Notes: generated by a model from the sequence alone, not told the origin. A stretch of 64,000 nt of DNA from Candidatus Cloacimonadales bacterium (GCA_963665815.1 OY762463.1:576001-640000); one strand, 5' to 3'. Positions 1 through 13,270 are shown, counted from the first letter of the stretch. Translations and numbers: made by a program.

Positions 1-2294
1 CGAGTAACTATCATCAGATCATCGCTGTCAACAACTTCCATAAGAGAAATTAATGCTCCGTTTCTATCGGAGGTTTTAAGAGTAATTACACCTTTTGAAC
101 CTCGCTTGGTTGCTTTGTAGCTGCTTACGTCTGTTCTCTTACCATAACCGTTTTCACTGATAGCAAGTAATGTACCTGTTCTTCTTACTACAACCATTGC
201 AACAACTTCATCGTCGCCTCTTAAGCTGATTCCGCGAACACCCTGAGAATTTCTTCCCATTGATCTGACATCCATTTCATTGAAACGATTTGCATAACCA
301 CCTTTAGTTGCAAGGATAATGTCGTTGGAACCTTCTGTGATTTGTGCATCAATAAGTTCATCACCGTCAACAAGTTTTATTGCGATAATACCACTGATTC
401 TTGGTCTGGAGTAAGCAGAAAGTTCTGATTTCTTGATTGTTCCGTTTTTAGTAATCATTGTTACATAATGTGGATCTTCAAAGTTTCTTACTGTAACGTA
501 AGCTCTGATCTTTTCATCTTTTTCAAGTTGAAGAAGATTGATTATAGCTTTTCCGCGTGCAAGGCGTCCAACCTTAGGGATTTTATGTACTTTAAGCCAG
601 TAGCACTTACCATAATCAGTAAAGAACAGAATATATGAGTGAGTTGATGCGATAAAAATGCTTTCAACAAAGTCTTCATCTTTAAGGTTAGAGCCCGAAA
701 GTCCCTTACCACCTCTTCCCTGTTTTCTGTATGTATCTACCGGGAGTCTCTTTATATAACCCTGATGAGAAATTGTTACAACCATTTCCTCATCTGCTAT
801 CATATCTTCTGTTTCAATATCAGCTGATCCTTCAAGAATCTGGGTTCTTCTTATATCAGAATATTTATCTTTAATATATTGCGTTTCTTCTTTCATAATA
901 TCAAGACGCAATTGTTTGTGATCAAGAATTCCTTTAAGTTTTTTTACGGTATCAAGAATCTCGTTATATTCCTGCTCAACCTTTTCTCTTTCAAGTCCGG
1001 TCAATCTCTGCAATCTCATCTCGAGAATAGCTTTTGCCTGAATCTCACTTAACTTGAATTTTGCCTGTAATGCCTGATTAGCGTCTGTAGTTGTTTTGGA
1101 AGCTCTGATCGTGGCTATTACTTCATCAATATTATCCAGAGCGATTCTGTAACCTTCTAAAATATGAAGTCTTCTTTCGGCATTCTTCAATAAAAACTTA
1201 GTTCTTCGTACAACAACTTCATGTCTGAAATCAATGAAATGCTGGAGAAGCTGTTTTATGTTTAGAACATGAGGAACCGTACCGATAAGAGCTCTGTTAT
1301 TAACGCTGAATGTTTCCTGTAACTGAGAATATTTGTAAAGCTGTTGAAGAACAACGTTAGCCTCGTTATTTCTCTTAATCGCTATAACAAGCCTCATTCC
1401 CTGTCTACCGGACTCATCTCTAATATCACTGATACCATCAATTCTCTTATCTTTAACAAGTTTAACAATCCTGTCAATCAGGAGGGTCTTGTTCAGCTGA
1501 TATGGGATTTCTGTAATAACAATAAATTCAGAGCCATTCTGTTTGGTTTCAATTGCAGCTTTACCTCTTAGTGTTATCTTTCCGTGACCTGTTTCAAAAT
1601 ATGATCTTATTCCGGCTGTACCAATAATGTATCCACCTGTAGGGAAATCCGGTCCTTTGATATATTTCATCAGTTCGAGAGGTTCCATATCCGGATTATC
1701 TATCAAGGCAACAATACCGTCACAAACTTCATTAATATTATGAGGAGCCATATTGGTTGCCATTCCGACTGCAATACCGGAACAACCATTAACAATAAGA
1801 TTAGGAAACTTAGAGGGAAAAACTACAGGTTCCTTTCTTGTATCATCATAGTTTGAGCGGTAATCAACGGTTTCTTTTTCAATATCTTCCAGAAGGTCTA
1901 CAGATGCCTTCTGAAGTCTTGCTTCGGTATAACGCATAGCAGCAGGTGGATCACCATCCTGTGATCCAAAGTTTCCCTGTCCATCTACCAGCATATATCT
2001 CAGACTCCATGGTTGAGCCATTCTCACAAGAGTAGGATATACAACCTGCTCACCATGAGGGTGATAGTTACCTGATGTATCACCGGCAATCTTTGCGCAT
2101 TTACGAAATCCTCTTCCCGGAGTAAGATTAAGTTCATGCATTGCATAAAGTATTCTTCTTTGAGAAGGCTTAAGACCATCTCGTACATCCGGAAGAGCTC
2201 TGGAGGCTATCACACTGAGAGAATACTCCAGGTACGACTTCTTCATTACATCTTCAATCTCTATTAATTCTATTCTTGATCTATCGTGAATCAT
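1..2294 (-). CDS. gyrA: DNA gyrase subunit A (3' end runs off the window)
   Basis: Not in the ORF track; read manually from ATG at 2294 (GGAGGA RBS): [48 protein letters not shown], catalytic AAMRYTEA, GyrA-box QGRGGKG near 704-724. Confidence 0.97.
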   Translation of the reverse strand, partial: MIHDRSRIELIEIEDVMKKSYLEYSLSVIASRALPDVRDGLKPSQRRILYAMHELNLTPGRGFRKCAKIAGDTSGNYHPHGEQVVYPTLVRMAQPWSLRYMLVDGQGNFGSQDGDPPAAMRYTEARLQKASVDLLEDIEKETVDYRSNYDDTRKEPVVFPSKFPNLIVNGCSGIAVGMATNMAPHNINEVCDGIVALIDNPDMEPLELMKYIKGPDFPTGGYIIGTAGIRSYFETGHGKITLRGKAAIETKQNGSEFIVITEIPYQLNKTLLIDRIVKLVKDKRIDGISDIRDESGRQGMRLVIAIKRNNEANVVLQQLYKYSQLQETFSVNNRALIGTVPHVLNIKQLLQHFIDFRHEVVVRRTKFLLKNAERRLHILEGYRIALDNIDEVIATIRASKTTTDANQALQAKFKLSEIQAKAILEMRLQRLTGLEREKVEQEYNEILDTVKKLKGILDHKQLRLDIMKEETQYIKDKYSDIRRTQILEGSADIETEDMIADEEMVVTISHQGYIKRLPVDTYRKQGRGGKGLSGSNLKDEDFVESIFIASTHSYILFFTDYGKCYWLKVHKIPKVGRLARGKAIINLLQLEKDEKIRAYVTVRNFEDPHYVTMITKNGTIKKSELSAYSRPRISGIIAIKLVDGDELIDAQITEGSNDIILATKGGYANRFNEMDVRSMGRNSQGVRGISLRGDDEVVAMVVVRRTGTLLAISENGYGKRTDVSSYKATKRGSKGVITLKTSDRNGALISLMEVVDSDDLMIVT

Positions 2295-2304
2295 TTATCC
2301 TCCA

Positions 2305-4212
<1,908 letters not shown>

Positions 4213-4360
4213 CTATTTATGTTTAACTGTTTCAAATACTTAAATCATATAGGTAAAAAAAACATACTGAGTAAATATGTCAACGTATTTTTATGATGAA
4301 ATCAAGAATTGTTTTAGATTTGTATCTAATATATTTTTCAGGCAGTTATGACTCTCATTT

Positions 4361-5566
4361 TTACTCGTTATTTGCCTCGTCGAGAATTTCCCAGTGCTGA
4401 GATTTCATACCATCAGTTTTTGGCAGTTTTCCGGAACTGATAACAAGATCGATTTTGCTTTTTCGAGGTACAGGAGTCACAGCCTGCGGACTGCTGTAAA
4501 TTATCTTATTCTTCTTCACTTCGTCCGAATACCTGTAGTTTATCTTTCCCGGCTGCAAATCGGCGTTCTTAAGTCTTAATTTTGCCTGACTTAAACTGAT
4601 ATTATCGAGATGAGGTACATAAACCATCTCAGGACCGTTACTTACAACAACCTCAATGGATCTGTTCTTCTTTGTTTTCATTCCAACACCAGGCACTTGA
4701 GAAATAATCTTACCTTTTGGGATATCATTGTCGTGAACTCGCTTCTTTTCCTGAACGTAAAGCCCAAGACTTTTCAGCTCTTTTCTGGCAACATCGAAAT
4801 TTTTCATTTTTATGTCCGGGACATCTACTTCTTTACCCTGTTTTGTCACAAGTTTCATGGAAAAGTTTGCACCCCAGAATCCAACAAGTATAGTTGCAAG
4901 AATAACACCAAGAACAATCGAATATGATATAATATGACTTAGGATTTTATTCGGAGCTTCATTTTCGTGTTCCTCTTCAAATACAACTGTGTTTTCCAGA
5001 TCATTTATAATTCCGCTTTCAGGAATTTCTTCTTGTTTTACCTGTTTGCTGTGAGTAACTTTTTTTACAGGTACTTTTATGGCAACAGGCTTCTTCTCTG
5101 TTTCATTTTCAGGGATCTCTTCTTCAGGTTCTCTGCCTTCAATTGATTTCAATTTGAGCATTTTTTTCTCAAACTTCTTCTGAAGCTCTTCCTGCCTTTT
5201 CAGCTCTTTCTGCCTTCTGGCTTCCTCCAGCTCTTTTTTCTGTTCTTCTTCCCTGCGTTTAATAATTTCCTTATCATGCTGTTCTGCAAAGTTCTGCCCC
5301 TTTTTTTTAAAAGGAGAAAAACTATCATCGATTTTACCTTGAGCATTCAGAATAACCTTGCTGAGCACATGTATGAATCTTGATTTATCTTCAACATCAA
5401 TCATATGTACTTTGAAAACATATAGATTTACTTTTGCTTCATCAATTGGAAGGTATGCTTCAAGAGACTTAATTGCATCAGCATGACTCTTGTTGTTCTT
5501 GTAATATTTAGTTTTATAATATTTGTAAACTTCTTCCATAGTTACATCTGAAAGCTTTCTGTGCAT
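4361..5566 (-). CDS. Membrane-anchored PASTA-domain protein without a kinase domain
   Basis: Charged N-terminal region, one TM helix, two PASTA repeats (VPDIK..., VPHLDN..., IISQVPG, IEVVVSNG). Confidence 0.75.
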   Translation of the reverse strand: MHRKLSDVTMEEVYKYYKTKYYKNNKSHADAIKSLEAYLPIDEAKVNLYVFKVHMIDVEDKSRFIHVLSKVILNAQGKIDDSFSPFKKKGQNFAEQHDKEIIKRREEEQKKELEEARRQKELKRQEELQKKFEKKMLKLKSIEGREPEEEIPENETEKKPVAIKVPVKKVTHSKQVKQEEIPESGIINDLENTVVFEEEHENEAPNKILSHIISYSIVLGVILATILVGFWGANFSMKLVTKQGKEVDVPDIKMKNFDVARKELKSLGLYVQEKKRVHDNDIPKGKIISQVPGVGMKTKKNRSIEVVVSNGPEMVYVPHLDNISLSQAKLRLKNADLQPGKINYRYSDEVKKNKIIYSSPQAVTPVPRKSKIDLVISSGKLPKTDGMKSQHWEILDEANNE

Positions 5567-5574
5567 CAGTTCTC

Positions 5575-6909
5575 CTAAATCTTCTTCTGTAGTTTCGCAG
5601 CAAATGCTCCATCAATATGATGAACATGAGGTGTTGTCATAATACAACCCTCATTGACGAATTCAGCAGGAACAAAACCTTTTGCGTCAATCAATGTAAA
5701 GTCCTTATGTTGTTCAAGGAATTTTTTTATCTGATCAAAATTTTCTTTTCTGTTAAGTGTACATGTACTATAAACAATATGTCCGCCGGGGGCAACAAAC
5801 TTTGCCCCGTAACTCAGTGCAGCCTCCTGTAATTTCAGGATATTATTCATATCTTGAGCTTTCTGCCATCTGAGTTCTGATTTTTTCTGGAATACACCCC
5901 AGCCGGAACATGGTACATCAAGCAGAACATGGTCATATACGGGAGCTACAGGACCATATGTATAAGAATCTGCTGTAATAAGTTTAATATTAGTAAGCTG
6001 GAGTCTTTCTGCTGTCTTTTTAATCTTTTTAACTTTATTAGGAATCTTATCTACAGCAATAACCTCTCCTGTGTTTTCTACTTTCTCAGAGATGTATGTA
6101 CATTTTCCTCCCGGACCGGCAAACAAATCCAGAATTGATTCATGTTTTTGTGGATTTAAAAGGTCAACTACCATTGCAGCAGCTGCATCCTGAATAGTGA
6201 AATATCCTTCAGAAAAAGTAACATCATTTATTACTTCTTGTGGAGAATCTGTACAGACAACAGATGGACTGGCACTGGAAGGTATAATACTGATTCCTTT
6301 TTTACTAAAGTATGATATTACCTTTTCAACAGTTGTTGCAGTCTTGTTCACTCTGATATTCAGTTTTGGTACATCATTGAAGTACATGCACAGGTATTCT
6401 GTTTGTTCCTCACCATAATATTTCAGCCATTCTTTTATAATTTCTGTAGGGAAAGAATACTCTATTCCTATTCTTTCTGCTGTATCCTTTATATCATAAG
6501 TAATTTCCGGATTTCTCAGGAAGTTCCTGATAACGGCATTTACAAAATCAGCAATTTTCTGATTCATAAGTTTTTTTGCTAATTCTACAGTCTCATGAAC
6601 TGCAGCATGATCAGGAATATTATCGCAATCTTTTATCTGGAAAATTCCCAGATAGATGAACACCTTGATTTTCAGATCTGTATTGGCAAATTTCTTTTCA
6701 TCAGCGAATCTGGAAGCAATATAATCCAGATTTCTGTGCATTTTAATGATACCTTTAACCAGAGTGTAAAACAAATCATGATTTCCATTCTGTTTCTTTA
6801 TCTTAGCTTGAGATTTCTGCAGCAGATTATCTGAGAACATGTTCTTTTTGAGAACTTTCACAATAATTTTATAAGCTTCTTCTCTTTCATTAACCATAGC
6901 ATTCCTCAC
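5575..6909 (-). CDS. rsmB: 16S rRNA m5C967 methyltransferase RsmB/Sun
   Basis: NusB-like N-terminus (AAVHETVELAK, FVNAVIR), DLFAGPGGK, LDVPCSG, VYSTCT. Confidence 0.92.
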   Translation of the reverse strand: MRNAMVNEREEAYKIIVKVLKKNMFSDNLLQKSQAKIKKQNGNHDLFYTLVKGIIKMHRNLDYIASRFADEKKFANTDLKIKVFIYLGIFQIKDCDNIPDHAAVHETVELAKKLMNQKIADFVNAVIRNFLRNPEITYDIKDTAERIGIEYSFPTEIIKEWLKYYGEEQTEYLCMYFNDVPKLNIRVNKTATTVEKVISYFSKKGISIIPSSASPSVVCTDSPQEVINDVTFSEGYFTIQDAAAAMVVDLLNPQKHESILDLFAGPGGKCTYISEKVENTGEVIAVDKIPNKVKKIKKTAERLQLTNIKLITADSYTYGPVAPVYDHVLLDVPCSGWGVFQKKSELRWQKAQDMNNILKLQEAALSYGAKFVAPGGHIVYSTCTLNRKENFDQIKKFLEQHKDFTLIDAKGFVPAEFVNEGCIMTTPHVHHIDGAFAAKLQKKI

Positions 6910-7508
6910 TATTTTTTATAAAGATGCTTTATAGATCGTTTAACAATCTCTTCTACTGAAAGCAATTCACCGGATTCTTTAACAGTTCTCAGCACATTTG
7001 CAATTTCATGTTGCTTATAGCCAAGAGTAACAAGTGCAGTAAGAGCTTCACTGTAATTTGTATCAAAATCAGTAAGCGTATCATCCTGAATTTCATGACT
7101 GATAACATCACCGACTTTATCCTTCAGTTCAATAATCAATCTCTGAGCTTTCTTCTTTCCAAGACCCGATACTGTAGAAAGTATTTTTGTGTCATTAAGA
7201 AGTATAGCATTAACTATTGAAGACACATTAAGGGTAGATAAAATTGACAGTGCAAGTTTAGGTCCTATTCCTGAAATAGAAATTACTTTTCTGAACATGT
7301 TTTTTTCAGCTTTAGTATGGAATCCGAAAAGTCTGATACCATCATCAGTCATGTGAAAGTGAACATATACATGGACATTCTGCTCAAGTTCCGGCAATCT
7401 CTCGAATGTACTTAATGGTATTTCGACTTCATACCCAACACCACTGCAATCTATACAGGCAAAATTATTTTCTTTATCTGCCAGTTTACCTTTTAAAAAA
7501 CTTATCAT
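6909..7508 (-). CDS. ruvA: Holliday junction branch migration protein RuvA
   Basis: GVGYEV, LFGF, ISGIGPKLA, GLGKKKAQRLIIELKDK, ALVTLGY. Confidence 0.95.
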   Translation of the reverse strand: MISFLKGKLADKENNFACIDCSGVGYEVEIPLSTFERLPELEQNVHVYVHFHMTDDGIRLFGFHTKAEKNMFRKVISISGIGPKLALSILSTLNVSSIVNAILLNDTKILSTVSGLGKKKAQRLIIELKDKVGDVISHEIQDDTLTDFDTNYSEALTALVTLGYKQHEIANVLRTVKESGELLSVEEIVKRSIKHLYKK

Positions 7509-7509
7509 A

Positions 7510-8004
7510 CTACCTCGATTTAATCATACTTGAAAATCTTTCTCTATTGTAATAACATAACGCAACACCCAGTGCATCTGTTGCATCTTCACTTTCAGGA
7601 AGATTTTTAATCGGGATCATTTGCTTAACCATATAACGAATCTGCTGTTTGGAGGCATTACCATTTCCCACAACAGATTTTTTCACTTCTCGTGGACTGT
7701 ATTCATATATCGGGATTCCGAATTTGGCGATTGTAAAAAGAATTACACCTCTTGCATGTCCAAGCTTAAACGAAGATTGAACATTCTTACCATTGAAGAT
7801 ATTTTCTACGGCAGCAACTTCAGGATTGTATTTACTTATCACAGATTCAAGCTCTTTATTAATGTATACGAGTCTTTCCGGAAGTGAAAGAGCCGGCGAG
7901 ATACGTATAGTATCACAACCGGCTGCTAATATTTTATTGTTTTCGAATTCCAGAAGACCGTAACCGCAGTTACGACTACCCGGATCAATTCCTAAAACGA
8001 GCAA
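7510..8004 (-). CDS. ruvC: Crossover junction endodeoxyribonuclease RuvC
   Basis: LGIDPG, AAVE, LGHARGV, EYSPREVKKSVVGNGNASK, DATDAL. Confidence 0.96.
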   Translation of the reverse strand: MLVLGIDPGSRNCGYGLLEFENNKILAAGCDTIRISPALSLPERLVYINKELESVISKYNPEVAAVENIFNGKNVQSSFKLGHARGVILFTIAKFGIPIYEYSPREVKKSVVGNGNASKQQIRYMVKQMIPIKNLPESEDATDALGVALCYYNRERFSSMIKSR

Positions 8005-8005
8005 T

Positions 8006-8749
8006 TTAAGCCAGTCCCTGAATTACTTCATCTGATATATCAAAGTTAGCATAAACTTTTTGTACATCATCAAGATCTTCAAGTTGATCTAATAATTTCA
8101 GAAGTTTTTCAGCAACGGAATCTGCATTAACTGTAGATTTTGGAACTCTTGTGAGTTCGGCTTTATCTATTTGGTATCCACCATTTTCAAGTTCGATCAT
8201 CACTTTATGAAGATCAGCACCTGATGTGTAGATTTCGAATTTATCGTCTTCCAGAACAACATCTTCAGCTCCTGCTTCCAGAGCAATCATCATGAATTCG
8301 TCTTCATCATGACCTTCAGATGGAGTTTCAATCAAACCTTTCTGTTCAAAGTTCCAGGCAACAGCACCTGTTTCAGCCATTGATCCACCATATTTAGAAA
8401 AACAATGTCTTACTTCGGCTACTGTTCTGTTCTTATTATCAGTTAAGGTCTCAACAAGAATAGCTACGCCTGCTTGACCATAACCTTCGTATGTAGCTTC
8501 TTCATAGCTGACCCCTTCAAGTTCACCTGTACCTCTTTTTATTGCTTTATCAATATTAGAGTTAGGCATATTATTATTTTTGGCGTTACTGACAGCAGTT
8601 CTCAAACGAGGATTAGAGTCAACATCTCCACCACCTTCTTTAGCGGCAATAATGATTTCCCTTACTATTCTTGTGAATAGTTTACCTCTTTTAGCATCTG
8701 CTGCGCCTTTTTTGTGCTTTATCGAGCTCCACTTACTATGTCCAGACAT
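8006..8749 (-). CDS. yebC: YebC/PmpR family protein
   Basis: MSGHSKWSSIKHKK, NPRLR, YEGYG, TDNKNRT, DDVQKVY. Confidence 0.95.
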   Translation of the reverse strand: MSGHSKWSSIKHKKGAADAKRGKLFTRIVREIIIAAKEGGGDVDSNPRLRTAVSNAKNNNMPNSNIDKAIKRGTGELEGVSYEEATYEGYGQAGVAILVETLTDNKNRTVAEVRHCFSKYGGSMAETGAVAWNFEQKGLIETPSEGHDEDEFMMIALEAGAEDVVLEDDKFEIYTSGADLHKVMIELENGGYQIDKAELTRVPKSTVNADSVAEKLLKLLDQLEDLDDVQKVYANFDISDEVIQGLA

Positions 8750-8761
8750 TAATCCTCCTGT

Positions 8762-10819
8762 CTATTCATCAGAAGATTTGTATTCATCTATTACTTTTTG
8801 AGCTATATCATTAGGAACTTTTTCATAGTGTGAGAACTTCTGATTAAATCTACCACGACCCTGTGTAAGAGACTTAAGAGCAGGGAAGTATTCGTGAAGT
8901 TCAGCAAGCGGAAGCATTGCAGTAAGAATTTGTTTCTTACCAACTTGTTCCATACCGTTGATTTTACCGCGACGTGTAGATACGTCGCCCATTACATCAC
9001 CCATGTACTCGTTAGGGATGATGATCTGCACTTCATGGATAGGCTCAAGAAGAATTGGTTTAGCTTCAGCAAACCCTTTTTGAAGAGCTTGTGATGAAGC
9101 TATTTTGAAGGCCATCTCAGAAGAGTCAACATCATGGTATGATCCGAAGTATACATCAACACTGATATCAACAACGTTGTATCCTGCGATAATACCTTTT
9201 TCCATAGTTTCTTTCACACCTTTTTCAATAGCAGGTATGAATTTACTTGGAATTGTTCCACCAACAATAGAGTTGATGAATTTGAATGCTTCACCACGTG
9301 GAAGAGCTTTAATTCTGAAGTAAACTTCACCGTATTGTCCTCTACCACCTGATTGTTTTTTGTGTTTATAACTTACATCTGCATTACCGACGATAGTTTC
9401 TTTGTAAGGAATCCTTGGGTTTTTAAGGTCTGCCCCAACTTTGTAACGAGATTTAAGACGTTTTACGAGGAGGTTAACCTGTTGTTCTCCGGCACATGAA
9501 ATAACTTGCTCATGTGTTTCACCGTTGAAGTCAGCTGAAATTGTAGGGTCTTCATCAAGAAGTCTGTTAAGAGCTGAACCAATTTTATCTTCATCACTCT
9601 GGTTAGAAGCTTTGATAGATTGCCAGAAGATTGGAGCTGGGATTTCTGGTGTTGGGAATTTGAATTCATTTCCCGGTTTTGTAAGCGTGTTGAGTCCGCG
9701 ACCATATTTCAGCTTAACAAGACCACCGATTTCACCTGCTCTGAGTTCGGATGCATCTTTACGATTTTTCCCGAAGAGGAGATAGATACCACCAATTTTG
9801 TCTTTTGTATCTTTTTCAGGAATGAAAACATCCATTCCACTTTTGATTGTTCCTGAAAGAACTCTTACATATGCAACATCACCAATATTTGGATCTGCAA
9901 ATGATTTAAAGATATAAGCTACAAGATCATCATCTGCTGAAGCAGTGATAACTTTTTCTTCATTATCTTTAACAAGAGTGATTTCTTTTTTATCTGCAGG
10001 AGAAGGAAGATAATCAACAATTGCCTGTGTCAGCTCATTGACTCCAATGTTTTTCCCTGCTGATGTAGCAAATACAGGAATAACAGCACCTTTAGTGATA
10101 CCTTTTTTGAGCCCGGTCATAATTTCAGCATCAGTGAGTTCACCTTCTTCAAAGTATTTTTCGAGAAGATCGTCATCAGCTTCAGCTACGGCTTCCATAA
10201 GCTTCATTCTTGCTTCTTCAGCAAAATCAGCAACTTCAGCAGGAATATCTACAGCCTGACCGTCTATGTAAGCTTTGTTTTTTACTAAATCTACAACACC
10301 TGAAAGAGCTGATTCTTTTCCAATTGGAATCTGTACAGGTGCTAATGTGTAGTCAGTATTTTCCTGAATAAGCTCAATGATTTTAGTAAAATCAGCTTGT
10401 TCGTTATCCATTCTGTTAATAATAACAGCAGTAGAAGCATTAGAATTTTCAATAGCTTCAAATGCAAGTTCAAGACCAACATCAAAAACAGAAGCAGTTG
10501 CACTTGCAACAACAAATGCAGTTTCAGCAGCAGTTACAGCACCAAGAACTTCACCGTAGAAGTCCGGATATCCCGGAGTATCAATAATATTAATACGATG
10601 GCTTTTGTAATCGAAGAACGCTGTACCGAGAGCAATAGACATAGTTTTTTCAATTTCATCCTGGTCATGATCCATTACAGTGTTGCCTTCTTCAATTTTA
10701 CCGACTCTGGTTATAGCTTTCATATTGTAAAGCATGTGCTCGGCAAGGCTGGTTTTTCCGGATCCACTTGAACCGCAGAATACAATGTTACGAATTTTGT
10801 TCAAATCGTAGTTCTTCAT
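8762..10819 (-). CDS. Elongation factor G paralogue (EF-G2 type)
   Basis: Full EF-G architecture (DTPG, KKQSGGRGQYG, SYHDVDSSEMAF, LLEPI) with non-canonical G1 GSSGSGKTSL and G4 NRMD; not in an rpsL-rpsG context. Confidence 0.9.
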   Translation of the reverse strand: MKNYDLNKIRNIVFCGSSGSGKTSLAEHMLYNMKAITRVGKIEEGNTVMDHDQDEIEKTMSIALGTAFFDYKSHRINIIDTPGYPDFYGEVLGAVTAAETAFVVASATASVFDVGLELAFEAIENSNASTAVIINRMDNEQADFTKIIELIQENTDYTLAPVQIPIGKESALSGVVDLVKNKAYIDGQAVDIPAEVADFAEEARMKLMEAVAEADDDLLEKYFEEGELTDAEIMTGLKKGITKGAVIPVFATSAGKNIGVNELTQAIVDYLPSPADKKEITLVKDNEEKVITASADDDLVAYIFKSFADPNIGDVAYVRVLSGTIKSGMDVFIPEKDTKDKIGGIYLLFGKNRKDASELRAGEIGGLVKLKYGRGLNTLTKPGNEFKFPTPEIPAPIFWQSIKASNQSDEDKIGSALNRLLDEDPTISADFNGETHEQVISCAGEQQVNLLVKRLKSRYKVGADLKNPRIPYKETIVGNADVSYKHKKQSGGRGQYGEVYFRIKALPRGEAFKFINSIVGGTIPSKFIPAIEKGVKETMEKGIIAGYNVVDISVDVYFGSYHDVDSSEMAFKIASSQALQKGFAEAKPILLEPIHEVQIIIPNEYMGDVMGDVSTRRGKINGMEQVGKKQILTAMLPLAELHEYFPALKSLTQGRGRFNQKFSHYEKVPNDIAQKVIDEYKSSDE

Positions 10820-11226
10820 TTTTCCCCCGTGTATTTTATGATATATTTTTAAATATTTATACTAATTTAACATAGTTATCAATTTTTTAAATTAATGCAC
10901 AACTTGTCAATGAAATAGATTTGCATTGAAATACATTATGACATTATTATGTTGAATGATCAGTACAAGTCTGCAATATCAATGTTATTCACAGATCACA
11001 TTACAAGCATTCTGTTTTATTGATTAATATTTCACATTCATTAAGTATTAAATACTACCTTTCTGATCTCTATGAAGCAAGTTGTGCTTAAAATTATTAG
11101 AATGAATTATATATGTTGATAAAAGTATCTGAAGAGATTGATTTTATAAAGTTATATTAAGTTTGCTGCAAATTTTTATTGACATATTTTTAATAAATAT
11201 CAATTTTTTTTAAAAAGGAGAAATTT

Positions 11227-11766
11227 ATGAAAAAATTTTTAGTTTCAATTTTATTTGTCTTATTTGTATTTACCGGGCTTTTTGCTGATGCTGCGGTTTT
11301 CTATAATCCGCTTGCACATTATGTTGCAAATGCGAAGAATATTGCATTTGAAGGTGAGATTAACCCTAATACCACTTTCTCTCTATATTATGCAGATACC
11401 GGAATTACAGCACCGGAATATGATGACGTTTGGGTAATATTCTCAGAGCAATACATTGGGGTAAACAGATATTTTAATAAAGCATTTCAAGGTCCATATC
11501 TTGGTCCACAACTCATTTTAACAACAGGATCAATCACAGGGAAAAGCAATTCATTTTACGATTTTTCAAATGTTACTCTCGCAGTAGAAGGCGGTTATGC
11601 TTTGAGATCAGGTAAATTATGTTTAACTCCATTTGCAAAAGTCGGTTATATCTTCACACACAACTTCTACGGACAATTACAGGAATTTGGATCAGGAGAA
11701 GTCGACAAATTAGAACTTGTTGATTTTTCATTCAACTATGGTCTCAAGATTGGAGTTGTATTCTAA
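11227..11766 (+). CDS. Secreted protein, probable small outer-membrane beta-barrel
   Basis: Signal peptide, amphipathic strands, C-terminal GLKIGVVF; AAGGAG RBS. Confidence 0.55.
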   Translation: MKKFLVSILFVLFVFTGLFADAAVFYNPLAHYVANAKNIAFEGEINPNTTFSLYYADTGITAPEYDDVWVIFSEQYIGVNRYFNKAFQGPYLGPQLILTTGSITGKSNSFYDFSNVTLAVEGGYALRSGKLCLTPFAKVGYIFTHNFYGQLQEFGSGEVDKLELVDFSFNYGLKIGVVF

Positions 11767-11787
11767 ATAGAAGCACATATATGATCA

Positions 11788-11821
11788 AAGCCTGTTGGAT
11801 ATTCAGCAGGCTTCTTTTTTT
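11788..11821. terminator. Intrinsic terminator between convergent genes
   Basis: AAGCCTGTTG-GATATT-CAGCAGGCTT stem followed by a T-run. Confidence 0.7.
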
Positions 11822-11827
11822 ATAGAA

Positions 11828-13270
11828 TTATTTAAAACTGTTATTGTAAAACTCCATCAGATTACCTGTCTTTCTCTCTCCAAGTTTTTCAAGAATGGAC
11901 AAGTACAACATAAGAGAATACTCATAAGAGTCTTTTTCTGAATTACAATTATAATAATGAGGTTTGAACTCATCATTCAGGGCAAAATGAGCATAACACA
12001 AAGAGCAAATCTCTTTTATCCAGCAATTCGAGCAGTACTTTTCTTTGAAATCAAAGAATTTCTGCAACATACTCTTTATTTTACTACGATTCACCCATGA
12101 ATCAACATTACCTATCCTGAAACTGTGATCCATCTTTTCGCATACATAGAAATCACCATTAGTTGTGACCATAAGACTTCCATCTTCTGTATCAAGACAT
12201 ATTCCGCCCTTCCTGTAACTATTCTTTCTGAAGTGTATTCTCAACAAGTTCTTCACCGTTTCATCATCAAAGAAATCAAGTCTTTTACTTATAACTCGCT
12301 CAAGTAGATTGTCAAACCTGCTTCTTTTGTATTCATTGGATAGATTTTCATAATATTCTCTATTTTCAGCGAATTTGACTCTTTCATCATGTTTACATAC
12401 AATCATTGAGATTTTCTTAAGCTTATACTCAGGGTTGTTTTCACGATATTTCATCAGTTCCAGATAATCCTCTGTTGTTTCAATTGTAGAAACAAAGTTA
12501 AGTCTTTCTTTGCAAAAATCAGGATACCTTTTCTGAAACAGCTTTATATTATTCATTACCTTATCATATGTTGGCTGATTACAAAGATCTACTCTATTTT
12601 TATTATGCATTTCTTTGGGACCATCTACAGTTACAAGAATCCTTAGATTGTTTTCAACAATGAAATCCTGCATAGCTTTTGTCATTACAGAACCATTTGT
12701 AGTAAAATGATATTCAATATCCAAATCAATTTTATTGATCTCCTCCACGAAGTACTTGATAAGATCAAAATTTAGACAAGGTTCTCCACCGTAAAATCCT
12801 ATTGTCAGCATATCTCCGGCAGTATAAATTTTTTTTATCCATCCTAAGACTTTATTGGCTGTTTCGAATGTCATATTTTCATTGGACAAGTCTTTAGTAT
12901 GGTTATAGTTTTCTCCATATATACAATATTTACATCTGAAGTTGCAGTTATCTGTAACATTAACAGTGAGTAGGTCCGGCTTATAGATACTGTTCTGTTC
13001 TATATTATCCAGAATTTCTATCTTTTTCTTGCGTATATCCTGCCGTACAAATCGTTTACTGAATTCAGAAATATAGTCATATACCTTATCTGCCCCATCT
13101 TCATTATTACTATAACTGATAAAGCTATTCTTAGATAAAGACCATACATTTTCCAGAATATCATCCAGCTTTTGATTTATTTTTAGAATTTCACTTGTAT
13201 CCGAATTATACAGATAATAGTTATCCCTTGTCTTTATTCTCTTCAAATGAGTACTTTCATTGTTTAACAT
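11828..13270 (-). CDS. Radical SAM/SPASM peptide maturase (CcpM-like)
   Basis: CNFRCKYC motif, FYGGEP, TTNGS, VDGPKEMH..NR, SPASM cysteines (GGIC...YVCEK...CSNCWIKEICSLC...C), RRE-like N-terminus (YYLYNSDTSEILKI). Confidence 0.88.
   Translation of the reverse strand: MLNNESTHLKRIKTRDNYYLYNSDTSEILKINQKLDDILENVWSLSKNSFISYSNNEDGADKVYDYISEFSKRFVRQDIRKKKIEILDNIEQNSIYKPDLLTVNVTDNCNFRCKYCIYGENYNHTKDLSNENMTFETANKVLGWIKKIYTAGDMLTIGFYGGEPCLNFDLIKYFVEEINKIDLDIEYHFTTNGSVMTKAMQDFIVENNLRILVTVDGPKEMHNKNRVDLCNQPTYDKVMNNIKLFQKRYPDFCKERLNFVSTIETTEDYLELMKYRENNPEYKLKKISMIVCKHDERVKFAENREYYENLSNEYKRSRFDNLLERVISKRLDFFDDETVKNLLRIHFRKNSYRKGGICLDTEDGSLMVTTNGDFYVCEKMDHSFRIGNVDSWVNRSKIKSMLQKFFDFKEKYCSNCWIKEICSLCYAHFALNDEFKPHYYNCNSEKDSYEYSLMLYLSILEKLGERKTGNLMEFYNNSFK

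Noticed and set aside
1-2294. Could be parC, or contain an intein
   Set aside because: GyrA-box QGRGGKG present; sequence around the catalytic Tyr is uninterrupted
10897-11087. 10-bp inverted repeat GCACAACTTG/CAAGTTGTGC as possible MITE ends
   Set aside because: Short, single occurrence, overlaps a likely -35 box; not enough support
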